Source of the DNA: an uncultured Candidatus Saccharibacteria bacterium
GTDB lineage: Bacteria > Patescibacteriota > Dojkabacteria > SC72
Direction of reading: 5' to 3'
Assembly (NCBI GenBank): GCA_964543485.1
Contig: CAZIYI010000002.1
Coordinates: 4,192 to 68,191, forward strand
Length of the DNA: 64,000 nt
The position numbers and the translations under genes are program-made. Numbering within the stretch: position 1 is the first letter of the stretch; the number at the start of each line of letters is the position of its first letter. A model generated the notes under the pieces. That model was not told the DNA's origin. It saw only the letters and a program-made list of their open reading frames with translations, and did not search any database. Of this stretch, positions 10,363 through 20,928 are shown piece by piece.

Positions 10363-12165
10363 TTATTCCTTTGACACTCTAAGGACTTCCTCTATTGTAG
10401 TGACTCCTTCTAAAACCTTCAAGAACCCATCTTGAATCATTGTAATCATACCGTTTTCTTTTGCTTCTCTTTCGATATCTTGAGCAGTAACATTCTGCAT
10501 TATCATTCTACTAATTTTTTCAGTAACATCTAAGACCTCAAATATACCAATTCTACCAGAGTACCCAGAACCACCGCACCTATCACAACCCGCACCTTTG
10601 TAAAGATAAATGATGGGTTGCCCATCTGGTCCTACCTCAGGAACCTTAAGTACTGCTGAACCTTCCTCTGCTTTGGCTTTCTTCGCATTTATTACCTGTG
10701 TTAAATATTTAACTAAATCAAAACTCTTTATCTCAGTAAGAGATTTAACTAAATCTTTTAACTCTTCAGGAGAAGCAGGTACTGCTTGAATACAGTGTGT
10801 GCATATTTTTCTTGGTAAACGTTGAGCAGCCAAAACACGGAGTGTAGAAGCAAGTAGATACGGTTCCATACCCATATCTAGAAGTCTTGGTACCGCAGCA
10901 GGAGCACTGTTAGTGTGAAGAGTTGAAAGTACTAAATGACCAGTAAGAGAGGCCTGAATGGCGAGCTCTGCAGTTTCTTGGTCTCTAATCTCACCAACCA
11001 TTACTACATCAGGATCTTGTCTTAATACAGATCTTAAACCATTAGCAAATGTTAAACCTACATCTGGATTTATTTGTACCTGGGTAACACCAGGGACTCT
11101 GATCTCAACTGGATTTTCTAAAGAGATAATGTTGACACTCGGATCGTTTACTTTAATAAGGGAGCATGCAAGCGTTCGAGTCTTACCACTACCAGTAGGT
11201 CCAGTAACTAAAACAATACCGTTGGTTACACTAAGAGCATCTAAAAATATCTTGTAAGCATTACCCCTCAAACCAGTTGATTCCAATGTAATACCAGAAG
11301 TATCTGATTCGAGTAAACGCATAACTATCTTCTCTCCATAAATCATTGGCATCACAGATACACGAATGTCTACTTTGACATTTTTAACTTTAACTTGAAA
11401 TCTACCATCCTGAGGAACTCTCTTTTCATCTATTTTCAAATTAGACATTATCTTAACACGAGAAATAACTGCAGGACCAAGTGTCTTTGGTAAAGAAAGT
11501 CGTTCTGTCATCATTCCGTGTATTCTAAACCTAACTCTAAGACGACTCTCCATTGGCTCTATATGTACATCAGAACTTTTAGAGGTAACAGCATACTGCA
11601 TTATCGAGTTTACTATTCTAGCAACAGGAGCATTCTTTAAATCAATACTATCTATTAAGCCAGGATCTTCACTAATTTCTTGAACAGGTACATCAACATC
11701 TTCCAATGCTTCAGTCACCTCTGTACTCATTACATCACCAATTCTTCTATCAAGAATAAAGTTGACACCATCTTCTGTTGTAATATATACAACCAATTTA
11801 GTGTTCGATGGGTATTTTCTTTGAAGTGCTTGTGTTGCTTGAATATCAAAAGGGTCTACCATAGCAAGCTTTACATAATCATCACCTCTTTCAAAGGGTA
11901 CAGTCCTATACTTTCTTAAATTGTCAATGGGAACTTCTGCAATGATACTCTCAGAAACACTTGCTTCAGTTAAATCAACATAGGGTATATTGAACAAAGC
12001 AGATTTCGCCTTAACAATTGCTAGTTCGTCTGCAAGTTTCATCTCTCTTATGATAGATTCCTCACTCTTAGGAGATCTACTTCTTTCTACCTGTACACGG
12101 ATAGCATCTGTGTCAGTAATAACTCCTTGTTTTTGTAAATATGTAAGCAGTGTTTCTCGAGCCAC
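10363..12165 (-). CDS. pilB: Pilus assembly ATPase PilB/GspE
   Basis: SDVHIEP, EKRVPQDGR, GPTGSGKT, LRQDPDVVMVGEIRD, tetracysteine motif; GTG start. Confidence 0.95.
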   Translation of the reverse strand: MARETLLTYLQKQGVITDTDAIRVQVERSRSPKSEESIIREMKLADELAIVKAKSALFNIPYVDLTEASVSESIIAEVPIDNLRKYRTVPFERGDDYVKLAMVDPFDIQATQALQRKYPSNTKLVVYITTEDGVNFILDRRIGDVMSTEVTEALEDVDVPVQEISEDPGLIDSIDLKNAPVARIVNSIMQYAVTSKSSDVHIEPMESRLRVRFRIHGMMTERLSLPKTLGPAVISRVKIMSNLKIDEKRVPQDGRFQVKVKNVKVDIRVSVMPMIYGEKIVMRLLESDTSGITLESTGLRGNAYKIFLDALSVTNGIVLVTGPTGSGKTRTLACSLIKVNDPSVNIISLENPVEIRVPGVTQVQINPDVGLTFANGLRSVLRQDPDVVMVGEIRDQETAELAIQASLTGHLVLSTLHTNSAPAAVPRLLDMGMEPYLLASTLRVLAAQRLPRKICTHCIQAVPASPEELKDLVKSLTEIKSFDLVKYLTQVINAKKAKAEEGSAVLKVPEVGPDGQPIIYLYKGAGCDRCGGSGYSGRIGIFEVLDVTEKISRMIMQNVTAQDIEREAKENGMITMIQDGFLKVLEGVTTIEEVLRVSKE

Positions 12166-12242
12166 AATTTATAAGCCAGTAAATTAATCTTAGATAATAA
12201 TAACAGTATCACAAATTACTTGCACGACCTATAACTTGATAT

Positions 12243-13298
12243 TTATCTATCTGAGTAATACCTTACCCTCCTATATAAATCTAAAACTCTAACAAGCATA
12301 TATTTAACTCTAGAGTAGGGGAAATCCATACATCTTTGATATCTTACTAGATAACCCCCAAAGCCCCTCTTAAAATTTGAATAACCATATCTTGGTGCTG
12401 TGGGCTTGTATTTCTCATCAGGTAATACATCCCAAGAATTAAAATATTTAAATCCCTCTGCCTGTGCTTGTAAAATACATTCCCATCTAAGTAACATTGG
12501 TGCTCTTAATTTACTTTCGATACCTGTTTGACAGCTATACAAGCAGGATACTTCATCTCCAAAAAAGGACAGTACTAACATTGCAAGTGGTTGACCTTTG
12601 TATTCCGCTATTGCTAAGCGTATCTCATTATCATTTCCCAAATATTCAAACTGTTTAATATAGTATTGTGAATTGTTAATAACAAAATCCTTTTTATCTG
12701 AACTCTCCTGTAAATATTTTGTAAAGAGTTCCCACTCATTAACATCTTTAGAAAATCTTACTGTAACACCAGACCTTTTTGCTTTACGAATATATGTGGG
12801 ATAGTTTTTTCCCATACCGTGTTCTAAACACCATTTCATTTGATCATCTTGGGTACCCTGAACTAAATCTAAAAACCAAGGCGTCTCTGGTTGAACATAA
12901 TTTATACATTTTTGAAAGCCCATACTTAGTGGTACCTCTGAAACAATATCATTCCTTTTTATACTAGGATCTATCTTCAAAAAGAGATACTCTTTATCTT
13001 TAAAATACTCCCTTAACTTGTTTAATACCTCTTCGTATACAATCTGGCTTATCTCTCTTAACACAGGACCCCTAGAGCAGTATATATATTTCCCAAATGT
13101 TTGAGATACTTCATAACAGTACGCAATAGCTATCAATTCATCTCCATTGTAAAAGCCCAACCTATATGTTTTTCTCCCTAAACCACTTTCTTGATAAATA
13201 CTCCAATTATACGATTGCATAAAATTACAGTTAGGACTACGCTTAACAAAATCATCAAAAACCTTTTGTTTATCCAACTCTTTGATACCTAAATTCAT
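12243..13298 (-). CDS. FemABX-family peptidoglycan interpeptide-bridge aminoacyltransferase
   Basis: NFMQSYNW, YCSRGPV, FLKIDP, FKRGFGG motifs. Confidence 0.88.
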   Translation of the reverse strand: MNLGIKELDKQKVFDDFVKRSPNCNFMQSYNWSIYQESGLGRKTYRLGFYNGDELIAIAYCYEVSQTFGKYIYCSRGPVLREISQIVYEEVLNKLREYFKDKEYLFLKIDPSIKRNDIVSEVPLSMGFQKCINYVQPETPWFLDLVQGTQDDQMKWCLEHGMGKNYPTYIRKAKRSGVTVRFSKDVNEWELFTKYLQESSDKKDFVINNSQYYIKQFEYLGNDNEIRLAIAEYKGQPLAMLVLSFFGDEVSCLYSCQTGIESKLRAPMLLRWECILQAQAEGFKYFNSWDVLPDEKYKPTAPRYGYSNFKRGFGGYLVRYQRCMDFPYSRVKYMLVRVLDLYRRVRYYSDR

Positions 13299-13344
13299 TC
13301 GTATATATGATTAATTTAACTGTTTTTATGATAAAATCTAATAT

Positions 13345-14022
13345 ATGACATACCTTATTCTAGGAAATAATCAAGAAAATATAAAGGAGGAAGTAAAAAG
13401 ATTGATAAGTATGCTTTGGGAGAAGCAATTTGATTTTGATACTGCTACTAATAATCCCGATATGCATATCCTCAAATCTAAAAATATTAAAAGTATAGGA
13501 ATTCAGGATGTTAAAGATTTACAAAATGAAATGATATTCTCTCCATATTTAGAAAAAGTACAAATAGCACTAATACCTCAAGCCGAGAAATTAACCACTG
13601 AAGCACAAAACTCACTCCTAAAAGTTCTTGAAGATGGTTCTGAAAACAACGCATATATACTTACTACTAGTAGTGAGAAAAGCATACTACCTACCGTACT
13701 ATCCAGATCAATGAAAATATATTTAAAGGATGGAAAGATAGAAAGAACAGAGTATACTTACCATACAATTCTACAAAAAACTCTACTAGAGGCATTTGCG
13801 GAGATAGAAAAGATTTCAAAAGACAAAGAGAAAACTGAAGAGTTTTTAACAGATTTAGAATTTTACTACCAAGATATTTTAAAAAAGAATATTAAAGAGG
13901 GTAGGGGTACACAATCTGTTTTAGATAGTATAAAACAGGTTCTAAAAACTAGAGACAGAATTAGTGCAAATGGAAACAAGAGATTACTACTTGAGAATCT
14001 TTTTCTTGTATTAACATCCTAA
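13345..14022 (+). CDS. holB: DNA polymerase III delta-prime subunit (short CPR type)
   Basis: SIGIQDVK, AEKLTTEAQNSLLKVLE, ILPTVLSR. Confidence 0.85.
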   Translation: MTYLILGNNQENIKEEVKRLISMLWEKQFDFDTATNNPDMHILKSKNIKSIGIQDVKDLQNEMIFSPYLEKVQIALIPQAEKLTTEAQNSLLKVLEDGSENNAYILTTSSEKSILPTVLSRSMKIYLKDGKIERTEYTYHTILQKTLLEAFAEIEKISKDKEKTEEFLTDLEFYYQDILKKNIKEGRGTQSVLDSIKQVLKTRDRISANGNKRLLLENLFLVLTS

Positions 14023-14110
14023 TTTGACTATTCACTTTCTGCCCTATAATATATAGAATATACATTGGGCTTAAAAAAATATTGTACTTACTAATTTAAA
14101 AATATAGATA

Positions 14111-16033
14111 ATGGTAAAAAAGAGTGATTACGGTGCCTCAAATATCCAAGTTTTACAAGGATTAGAAGCAGTAAGAAAAAGACCAGCTATGTATATTGGT
14201 TCTACAGACAGGGTTGGTTTACACCATATATTTACGGAGATATTAGATAACTCCGTAGATGAGGCCATAGCCGGATACTGTAGTAGAATATGGGTTAAAC
14301 TTTTCAAAGATGGTTCCATCTCTATTAAGGATAATGCAAGAGGTATTCCAGTAGAGATGCATCCTCAAACGAAGGTATCTACACTTGAAACAGTTATGAC
14401 CAATCTTCATGCGGGTGGTAAATTTGATGATGGTGCTTACAAAGTATCAGGTGGTTTACACGGAGTAGGTATGAAGTGTACAAACGCTCTTTCAGAGTGG
14501 ATGATTACTACGGTTAGAAGAGATGGTGGAATATATCAACAGGAGTATAGGAGGGGAATTCCTCAGCATCCTGTTAAAAAGGTTGGTAGTATTGAGAATG
14601 AAACAGGAACAGAGCACAGATTTTTACCAGATGATCAGATTTTTACTGAAACTGATTTTGATTTTAAAGAGATTGTTAGAAAGTGTAGACAACATGCATA
14701 CCTAACTGCTGGTTTAAGAATATCAATTGAAGATGAAAGAGTAGAGGAAGGGAAAAAGAATAAAATATATGACCTTTACTTTGAAGATGGTATTAAGTCA
14801 TATGTTCTCTTTATGAACATTGACGAGAAGCTAGTCAATGAAATACCTTTCTACGTTAACAAAGAGCAGGACGGAGTAGTTGTAGAGGCAGCTATACAGT
14901 ACACAAATAGTATGGATGAGAATGTTAAATGTTACACCAACAACATTATCAATCCAGAGGGAGGAACTCATTTAGCTGGTTTCAGAACAGCGCTTACAAG
15001 TGCAATAAATACATATGCTCAAAAATCCGAACTCCTAAAGGGCTTAACTACAACTCTAAACGGTGATGATGTAAGAGAGGGGTTAACTGCTGTTGTTTCT
15101 GTTAAGGTAGCAGACCCTCAGTTTGAAGGACAGACTAAGATTAAACTAAATAACCCAGAGGTTAAAAATGCAGTAGCTAAAGTAATTAGAGATCAACTCC
15201 TAATATATTTTGATGAACATCCTAAAGAGGCAAAAGCCATAATTGATAAAGCGATACTCTCTTACAAAGCAAAAGCTGCTGCTAAGGCAGCAAGAGATGC
15301 CGTGATAAGAAAGAGTGCACTAGAGAGTACAACACTACCTGGTAAATTAGCAGACTGTATTAGTAGTGACCCGAAAGAGTGTGAACTCTACATTGTAGAG
15401 GGAGACTCTGCAGGTGGTAGTGCAAAACAGGGTAGAGATAGGCATACACAGGCAGTACTTCCACTTAGAGGTAAAATAATCAATACACACAAGTATAGAG
15501 TAGACAGAGTATTGGGTAATAACGAGTTTAAAGATATTACTACAGCACTTGGTGTAGGAATAGGTACTACTTTAGATATTAGTAAGTTGAGATATCACAA
15601 GGTAATAATTATGAGTGACGCTGATGTAGATGGATTACATATAACTACATTAGTCTTAACCCTGCTATTCAGATTCTTTAAACCACTGATAGATGGTGGA
15701 TATATCTATGTAGCACAGCCACCTTTACATAAGGTAGAGATTGGGAAAAAGAAATACTACTTCATAAATGATAATGATAAAGATATTTTTGTTAAAAAAG
15801 CTAAAGCTGCTGGTAAAAGCCCTGTAGCTAATAGGTTTAAGGGATTAGGAGAGATGAATCCTGGACAGCTATGGGAAACAACAATGAGTCCAGAAAGTAG
15901 AGTATTAAAACAGGTTCATATTGAAGATGCAGAGGAAGCAGAGAAAGTATTTGAAATGCTAATGGGTAACGAAGTTCCTCCTAGAAGAAGATTTATACAA
16001 AAGTACGCTAAGAAGGCAATTTTAGATATTTAA
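14111..16033 (+). CDS. gyrB: DNA gyrase subunit B
   Basis: EAVRKRPAMYIG, HAGGKF, VEGDSAGG, PLRGK, DADVDG, RFKGLGEM. Confidence 0.97.
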   Translation: MVKKSDYGASNIQVLQGLEAVRKRPAMYIGSTDRVGLHHIFTEILDNSVDEAIAGYCSRIWVKLFKDGSISIKDNARGIPVEMHPQTKVSTLETVMTNLHAGGKFDDGAYKVSGGLHGVGMKCTNALSEWMITTVRRDGGIYQQEYRRGIPQHPVKKVGSIENETGTEHRFLPDDQIFTETDFDFKEIVRKCRQHAYLTAGLRISIEDERVEEGKKNKIYDLYFEDGIKSYVLFMNIDEKLVNEIPFYVNKEQDGVVVEAAIQYTNSMDENVKCYTNNIINPEGGTHLAGFRTALTSAINTYAQKSELLKGLTTTLNGDDVREGLTAVVSVKVADPQFEGQTKIKLNNPEVKNAVAKVIRDQLLIYFDEHPKEAKAIIDKAILSYKAKAAAKAARDAVIRKSALESTTLPGKLADCISSDPKECELYIVEGDSAGGSAKQGRDRHTQAVLPLRGKIINTHKYRVDRVLGNNEFKDITTALGVGIGTTLDISKLRYHKVIIMSDADVDGLHITTLVLTLLFRFFKPLIDGGYIYVAQPPLHKVEIGKKKYYFINDNDKDIFVKKAKAAGKSPVANRFKGLGEMNPGQLWETTMSPESRVLKQVHIEDAEEAEKVFEMLMGNEVPPRRRFIQKYAKKAILDI

Positions 16034-16051
16034 TTTTTTAATATACAAAAA

Positions 16052-16489
16052 ATGTTTGAAGAAATTAAAAAAGAGATACGTGAGACCATAGATTACCAAG
16101 ATAATCTCAAAGAACTTTTAGAAAGGAGATTGAGAGATGGTCTTTCAAATGAATGGCCAAGATTTCTAGAGATCCTAAAAGATGATCCTAGTGCTTCTGA
16201 CCTACTTAGAAAAACAAACAAATTAATGGCAGAGGAATCAAATAGAGGAAAGATATCCTTAGAGAAAAAGGAAGGTGTAGAAGACAGTGTTACAGTACAC
16301 CTATATGACCATATGAATCAAGATTTACTTGAACAAGCAATAAGACCGATTTCAAGTATCCAAACTACCCAAGAAGATGGTAGTGTTAAAGTGTCTCAAG
16401 ATACTTTCAACCAGCTATACAACTTAGCAGTTGATTACGACTATGAGAGACAAAAAGTTGAACAAGAATTACCAACTAATACAATTTAA
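16052..16489 (+). CDS. Hypothetical protein between gyrB and gyrA
   Basis: 145-aa ORF co-oriented and tightly spaced; no recognisable motif. Confidence 0.7.
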   Translation: MFEEIKKEIRETIDYQDNLKELLERRLRDGLSNEWPRFLEILKDDPSASDLLRKTNKLMAEESNRGKISLEKKEGVEDSVTVHLYDHMNQDLLEQAIRPISSIQTTQEDGSVKVSQDTFNQLYNLAVDYDYERQKVEQELPTNTI

Positions 16490-16513
16490 AAATAATATAC
16501 TTAAATAACAGTC

Positions 16514-19327
16514 ATGCCTGATATTGAAGAAAAAGAAATAATTAAAGAAGCAGAGGAGATTATCGAAACAGAGAATGCAGATTCCTCTTTAGAAAATACC
16601 TCACCAGAGGATAAAGATATCGATTTTGATGTCACATTTAAACCAGGAGAGGTTACTCATCGCTCCATCATTGACGAGATGAAATCTAACTACATAGATT
16701 ACTCTATGTCAGTAATCGTATCTCGTGCTCTTCCTGAGGTAAAAGATGGTCTAAAGCCATCTCAAAGAAGAATACTTGTGGCTATGAATGATCTAGCTCT
16801 TTCACCTTCCTCTCATTTTAGGAAGTGTGCAAAGATAGCTGGAGACACATCTGGTAACTATCACCCTCACGGTGAAAGTGTGGTATATCCAACCTTGGTT
16901 AAACTTGCTCAAACCTTTAATACAAGATACATACTAGTAGAAGGGCAGGGAAACTTCGGATCCATTGATGGTGACCCTGCAGCTGCAATGAGATACACAG
17001 AGGCAAGAATGGGAAAGATTACCCCTGAACTTCTGAAAGATTTAAACAAAGGAACTGTTACATTTGTTCCAAACTATGATGGTACACGACTAGAACCAAC
17101 TGTATTACCTGCACTCTTTCCTAATCTTCTAGCAAATGGTAGTCAAGGTATTGCTGTAGGTATGGCAACACAGATTCCTCCTCACAACCTTGGAGAGTTA
17201 ATAGATGCTTTACAAGAGATGATAAAGAGAAAGAATAGATGGGAGGGTGTAGCAATATACAATGAATTAAGAAAAGCAAAAGAATCAAAAGAGGTAATCC
17301 CATTGACTCTTAATTCTAAACCGGAAGAGTATCTAGAAAACTATGTCGATACAAAAGCACTAGATTACCATCTAGAGATACAAAAGATTATTGATAGAAT
17401 CGAGAAGAGTAAAGAGGTCATATATCCCGATTTTAAATCTGAAATCTCTCCTGAAGAATTAATTGAAATTATTCCAGGTCCAGATTTTCCAACAGGGGGA
17501 ACAATATATGATCGTGATGAAATATTAAACGCTTACGCTACAGGAAGAGGGAAAATATTACAGAGAGCACAGGCCTCTATTGTTGAAGGCGCAAATGGAA
17601 GATATCAAATTGTATTAACAGAGGTTCCTTACCAAGTAAACAAGGCCTTTATGATTGAAAAGATTGCTGATTTAGTTAGAGACAAGAAAATCACAGGTAT
17701 TGCAGATATAAGAGATGAATCTAATAAAGATGGTATTAGAGTAGTAGTAATTCTTAAAAAAGATGCTCAACCTAAGGCAGTTCTTAACAAACTCTTTAAG
17801 TATACAGAGATGCAAAAAACCTTTAATGCAAATATGATTGCATTAGTAGATCAAGAACCAATAACGCTTTCTATAAAAAGAATGCTTGAGCTATTCCTTT
17901 CGTTTAGAATAACTGTAACTGTAAGAAGATATGAATACGATTTGGCAGAGGCAAGATATCATGCTCATATATTAGAGGGCTTACTTAAAGCCCTAGATTT
18001 CCTTGATGAAGTAATTGCAACTATTCGTGGTTCTAAAACACAAGAGACTGCAAAAACAAACTTAATGGATAAGTTTAAGTTTACAGAGGTTCAGGCACAA
18101 GCAATATTAGATATGCAACTTCGAAGGTTAGCTGCACTGGAGAGAATGAAATTACAAAATGATTATAAAGAGACTAAAGAGAAAATTATTGAGTACAACT
18201 CGATATTAGATAGCCAAGATAGAATACTGGAAATCATTAGTAAAGACTTAGAGATAATAAAAGAGACATATGGAGATAAAAGAAAAACAAAGGTAGTAAA
18301 AGGAAAGGTAAATGAAATCTCAGAAGAGGATATGATTGCACAGGAAGAGACCCTAATTACAATTACACATTCTGGTTATGTAAAAAGAGTCCCACCTTCT
18401 ACATACCAAATTCAAAAAAGAGGAGGGAAAGGAATCTCTGGGGGCGATACAAAAGAGGGTGACTTTATAGAACACGTCCTTTTATGTAACACCCATGATG
18501 AGTTACTTCTGTTTAGTAACAAAGGTAGAGTATTTAGTACAAGAATATTTGAAATCCCGGAGTATGGTAGAACTGCAAAGGGTATACCTCTTATAAACCT
18601 AGTACAACTAGATCAAAATGAAATTATTACTTCCATACTAACTAGAGATCCAAAGGGTGGAGTAATGGGTTCAGAAGAGATACAAGAGGATCAAGAGACA
18701 GGTGGAGTAGTAAATAAAAAAGATTTTAAATACTTCTTAATGGTTACTAAGGGTGGAATAGTTAAGAAAACGAATTTAAATGATTTTACTAAAATTAGAG
18801 CTAATGGTTTAACAGCAATCAAATTAGAAATAAATGATGAGCTTACATGGGTCAAACCAACAACAGGAGATGATGAGATAATACTAGTCACCTCTGAGGG
18901 TAAATCTATTAGATTTAGTGAACATGATGTAAGACCACTTGGTAGAAGTACTAGAGGTGTAACCGCTATGAAATTCAAATCCCAATCTGACTTTATCGTA
19001 GGTATGGGTGTAATAAGGGAGAACGAGAATAGAATATTTACACTCTCAGAACATGGGTATGGAAAAATGACAAAACTATCTGAATATACAAAACAAAAAA
19101 GAGGTGGTACAGGGATATTTACATTCAGAGTTACTTCAAAAACTGGGAAAGTATCAGTAGCAAGAATTTTAGATCACCCAAAAGCTGAAATGGTTGTAAT
19201 TTCAGAAAAATCAAAAGTGATTAGATCATCAATTGATGCCATTCCAACTCTTGGAAGACAGACAAGTGGAGTAAAGATAATGAATGTAGGAGAAGGTGAT
19301 AAAGTTGCAACAATGGCTATACTTTAA
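16514..19327 (+). CDS. gyrA: DNA gyrase subunit A
   Basis: DGLKPSQRR, YHPHG, AAMRYTEAR (catalytic Tyr), GyrA-box QKRGGKG, C-terminal beta-pinwheel repeats. Confidence 0.97.
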   Translation: MPDIEEKEIIKEAEEIIETENADSSLENTSPEDKDIDFDVTFKPGEVTHRSIIDEMKSNYIDYSMSVIVSRALPEVKDGLKPSQRRILVAMNDLALSPSSHFRKCAKIAGDTSGNYHPHGESVVYPTLVKLAQTFNTRYILVEGQGNFGSIDGDPAAAMRYTEARMGKITPELLKDLNKGTVTFVPNYDGTRLEPTVLPALFPNLLANGSQGIAVGMATQIPPHNLGELIDALQEMIKRKNRWEGVAIYNELRKAKESKEVIPLTLNSKPEEYLENYVDTKALDYHLEIQKIIDRIEKSKEVIYPDFKSEISPEELIEIIPGPDFPTGGTIYDRDEILNAYATGRGKILQRAQASIVEGANGRYQIVLTEVPYQVNKAFMIEKIADLVRDKKITGIADIRDESNKDGIRVVVILKKDAQPKAVLNKLFKYTEMQKTFNANMIALVDQEPITLSIKRMLELFLSFRITVTVRRYEYDLAEARYHAHILEGLLKALDFLDEVIATIRGSKTQETAKTNLMDKFKFTEVQAQAILDMQLRRLAALERMKLQNDYKETKEKIIEYNSILDSQDRILEIISKDLEIIKETYGDKRKTKVVKGKVNEISEEDMIAQEETLITITHSGYVKRVPPSTYQIQKRGGKGISGGDTKEGDFIEHVLLCNTHDELLLFSNKGRVFSTRIFEIPEYGRTAKGIPLINLVQLDQNEIITSILTRDPKGGVMGSEEIQEDQETGGVVNKKDFKYFLMVTKGGIVKKTNLNDFTKIRANGLTAIKLEINDELTWVKPTTGDDEIILVTSEGKSIRFSEHDVRPLGRSTRGVTAMKFKSQSDFIVGMGVIRENENRIFTLSEHGYGKMTKLSEYTKQKRGGTGIFTFRVTSKTGKVSVARILDHPKAEMVVISEKSKVIRSSIDAIPTLGRQTSGVKIMNVGEGDKVATMAIL

Positions 19328-19527
19328 GTATCTAAGTAAGATATAACTGGAATATCCTCACCACTATAAATGGGTTCATACTCTGATATTAAAGTTTTGT
19401 TCTCAATCCTTTTTAATATCTTTTCAATATCTTTATCACTTTTTGATATTTTTTTGTTTAATACCCTAAATTCGTTCTGTATTAATATTTTTAATACAGC
19501 TACCTCATTATTACTGTTTTTAATCAT
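19324..19527 (-). CDS. Small coiled-coil hypothetical protein
   Basis: 67-aa ORF; N-terminus aligns by eye with 20340..20798 and it shares that gene's upstream motif. Confidence 0.5.
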   Translation of the reverse strand: MIKNSNNEVAVLKILIQNEFRVLNKKISKSDKDIEKILKRIENKTLISEYEPIYSGEDIPVISYLDT

Positions 19528-19574
19528 ATTTAAATATTTAATAATTTATATATTCTATTCTCACATACCTAAAA

Positions 19575-19598
19575 ATATATTTCCTGACCTAATACCTA
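19575..19598. repeat. Copy 1 of shared intergenic motif ATATATTTCCTGACCTA(T)ATACCTA
   Basis: 17 bp identical to 20879-20895. Confidence 0.7.
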
Positions 19599-19698
19599 AT
19601 ATTTAGTACTTGTATATATATCACTACGGTAATACCAGTTATTAACCTATACCTAGATACTTTTTCTTAATCATGTATATGTGCTAATCTATAGATAT

Positions 19699-20343
19699 AT
19701 GAATAAAAAAGAGAAAATAACCAAACTGTTAAATGTGTACCAAGCATTCGGTTTCCTTCTCATCTTCATTACTCTAGTACTTGTTGCTATACCAATCTAC
19801 CCATACATCTGGTATAGAATTAATCCTGATGCTGTTGGAGATGATGAAGAGAAAATAGTTAAGGTTATCAATGAAGAAGAAATCATTCCCCAACAAGACA
19901 ATCCAGCAGAAGAGAAACAGTCGCCACCATTTGATCCTAATCTTCCAGAAGGATATTTTGTTCTCATTTCTAGTATTGGAGTTAATTCACCAATTACTGC
20001 AACAAAAGATTACAAAAAAGCATTACTTAAAGGGACATGGATAGTATCTAATTACGGAACACCTGAATTAGATGAATTACCAATAATATTAGCAGCACAT
20101 AGGTTTGGATATACAACTTGGAGTAATGAAAAAAGAAATTTAATATCATTTTTTAACCTTCCTAAAACCGTAGTAGGGGAGAAAGTAAGTATATACTGGA
20201 ACCAAAGAGAGTACATATATGAAATATATGCACTTGAAGAGAATACATATATATCCGATTACACAGCAGATTTAATACTGTATACCTGTAAATATTACAA
20301 CTCACCACAGAGGATATTTAGATATGCAAACAGAGTTAACTAA
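19699..20343 (+). CDS. Sortase
   Basis: N-terminal TM; ILAAHR (His), LILYTC (Cys), downstream Arg. Confidence 0.88.
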   Translation: MNKKEKITKLLNVYQAFGFLLIFITLVLVAIPIYPYIWYRINPDAVGDDEEKIVKVINEEEIIPQQDNPAEEKQSPPFDPNLPEGYFVLISSIGVNSPITATKDYKKALLKGTWIVSNYGTPELDELPIILAAHRFGYTTWSNEKRNLISFFNLPKTVVGEKVSIYWNQREYIYEIYALEENTYISDYTADLILYTCKYYNSPQRIFRYANRVN

Positions 20344-20798
20344 GGTTTTATCTTAGTTTTAATATCACCATAATTGTAATCAAAGATACTCATTCTTAAA
20401 TCATCAATATCCATTTCAACCTTATCCAGCCGATCCCTATTATTATTTTCTCGAATATGATATTTAGTTAGATTTCTCTCTAAAGTATCAAACCGTTTAA
20501 ACATTTTTAAAAAGGTTAACTCATGAGACGTCAATCTTCTTTCAATTTCTTCAAACTTTTTATCAACCTTGTCAAATCTTTTAAATATCTCCGTAAATAT
20601 TAATTCATGCATTTCTAATCTTTTATCTATCTCATCAAATTTCTTATCTATCCTATCAAACCTCTCATCTATCTCATCAAATTTTTTATCTATCCTATCA
20701 AATCTCTCATCTATCTCACTAAATTTTTTGTCAAAATTATCAAACCTGCCCTTAAACAAATTCTCAATATTTTTTAAATCTTCTTTTGTTAAAGACAT
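20340..20798 (-). CDS. Heptad-repeat coiled-coil protein
   Basis: Tandem KKFDEIDERFDRID repeats (42-bp DNA unit around 20620-20730). Confidence 0.75.
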   Translation of the reverse strand: MSLTKEDLKNIENLFKGRFDNFDKKFSEIDERFDRIDKKFDEIDERFDRIDKKFDEIDKRLEMHELIFTEIFKRFDKVDKKFEEIERRLTSHELTFLKMFKRFDTLERNLTKYHIRENNNRDRLDKVEMDIDDLRMSIFDYNYGDIKTKIKP

Positions 20799-20878
20799 TT
20801 TAATATATATTAAATTTTAAATATTTACGGGAAATCAGATTAAAGGTTTCTGGTATTTACTGTATACCATACTCAAAT

Positions 20879-20903
20879 ATATATTTCCTGACCTATATAC
20901 CTA
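20879..20903. repeat. Copy 2 of shared intergenic motif
   Basis: ATATATTTCCTGACCTATATACCTA. Confidence 0.7.
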
Positions 20904-20928
20904 TATCAAAATCTTGTAAAATATACCC

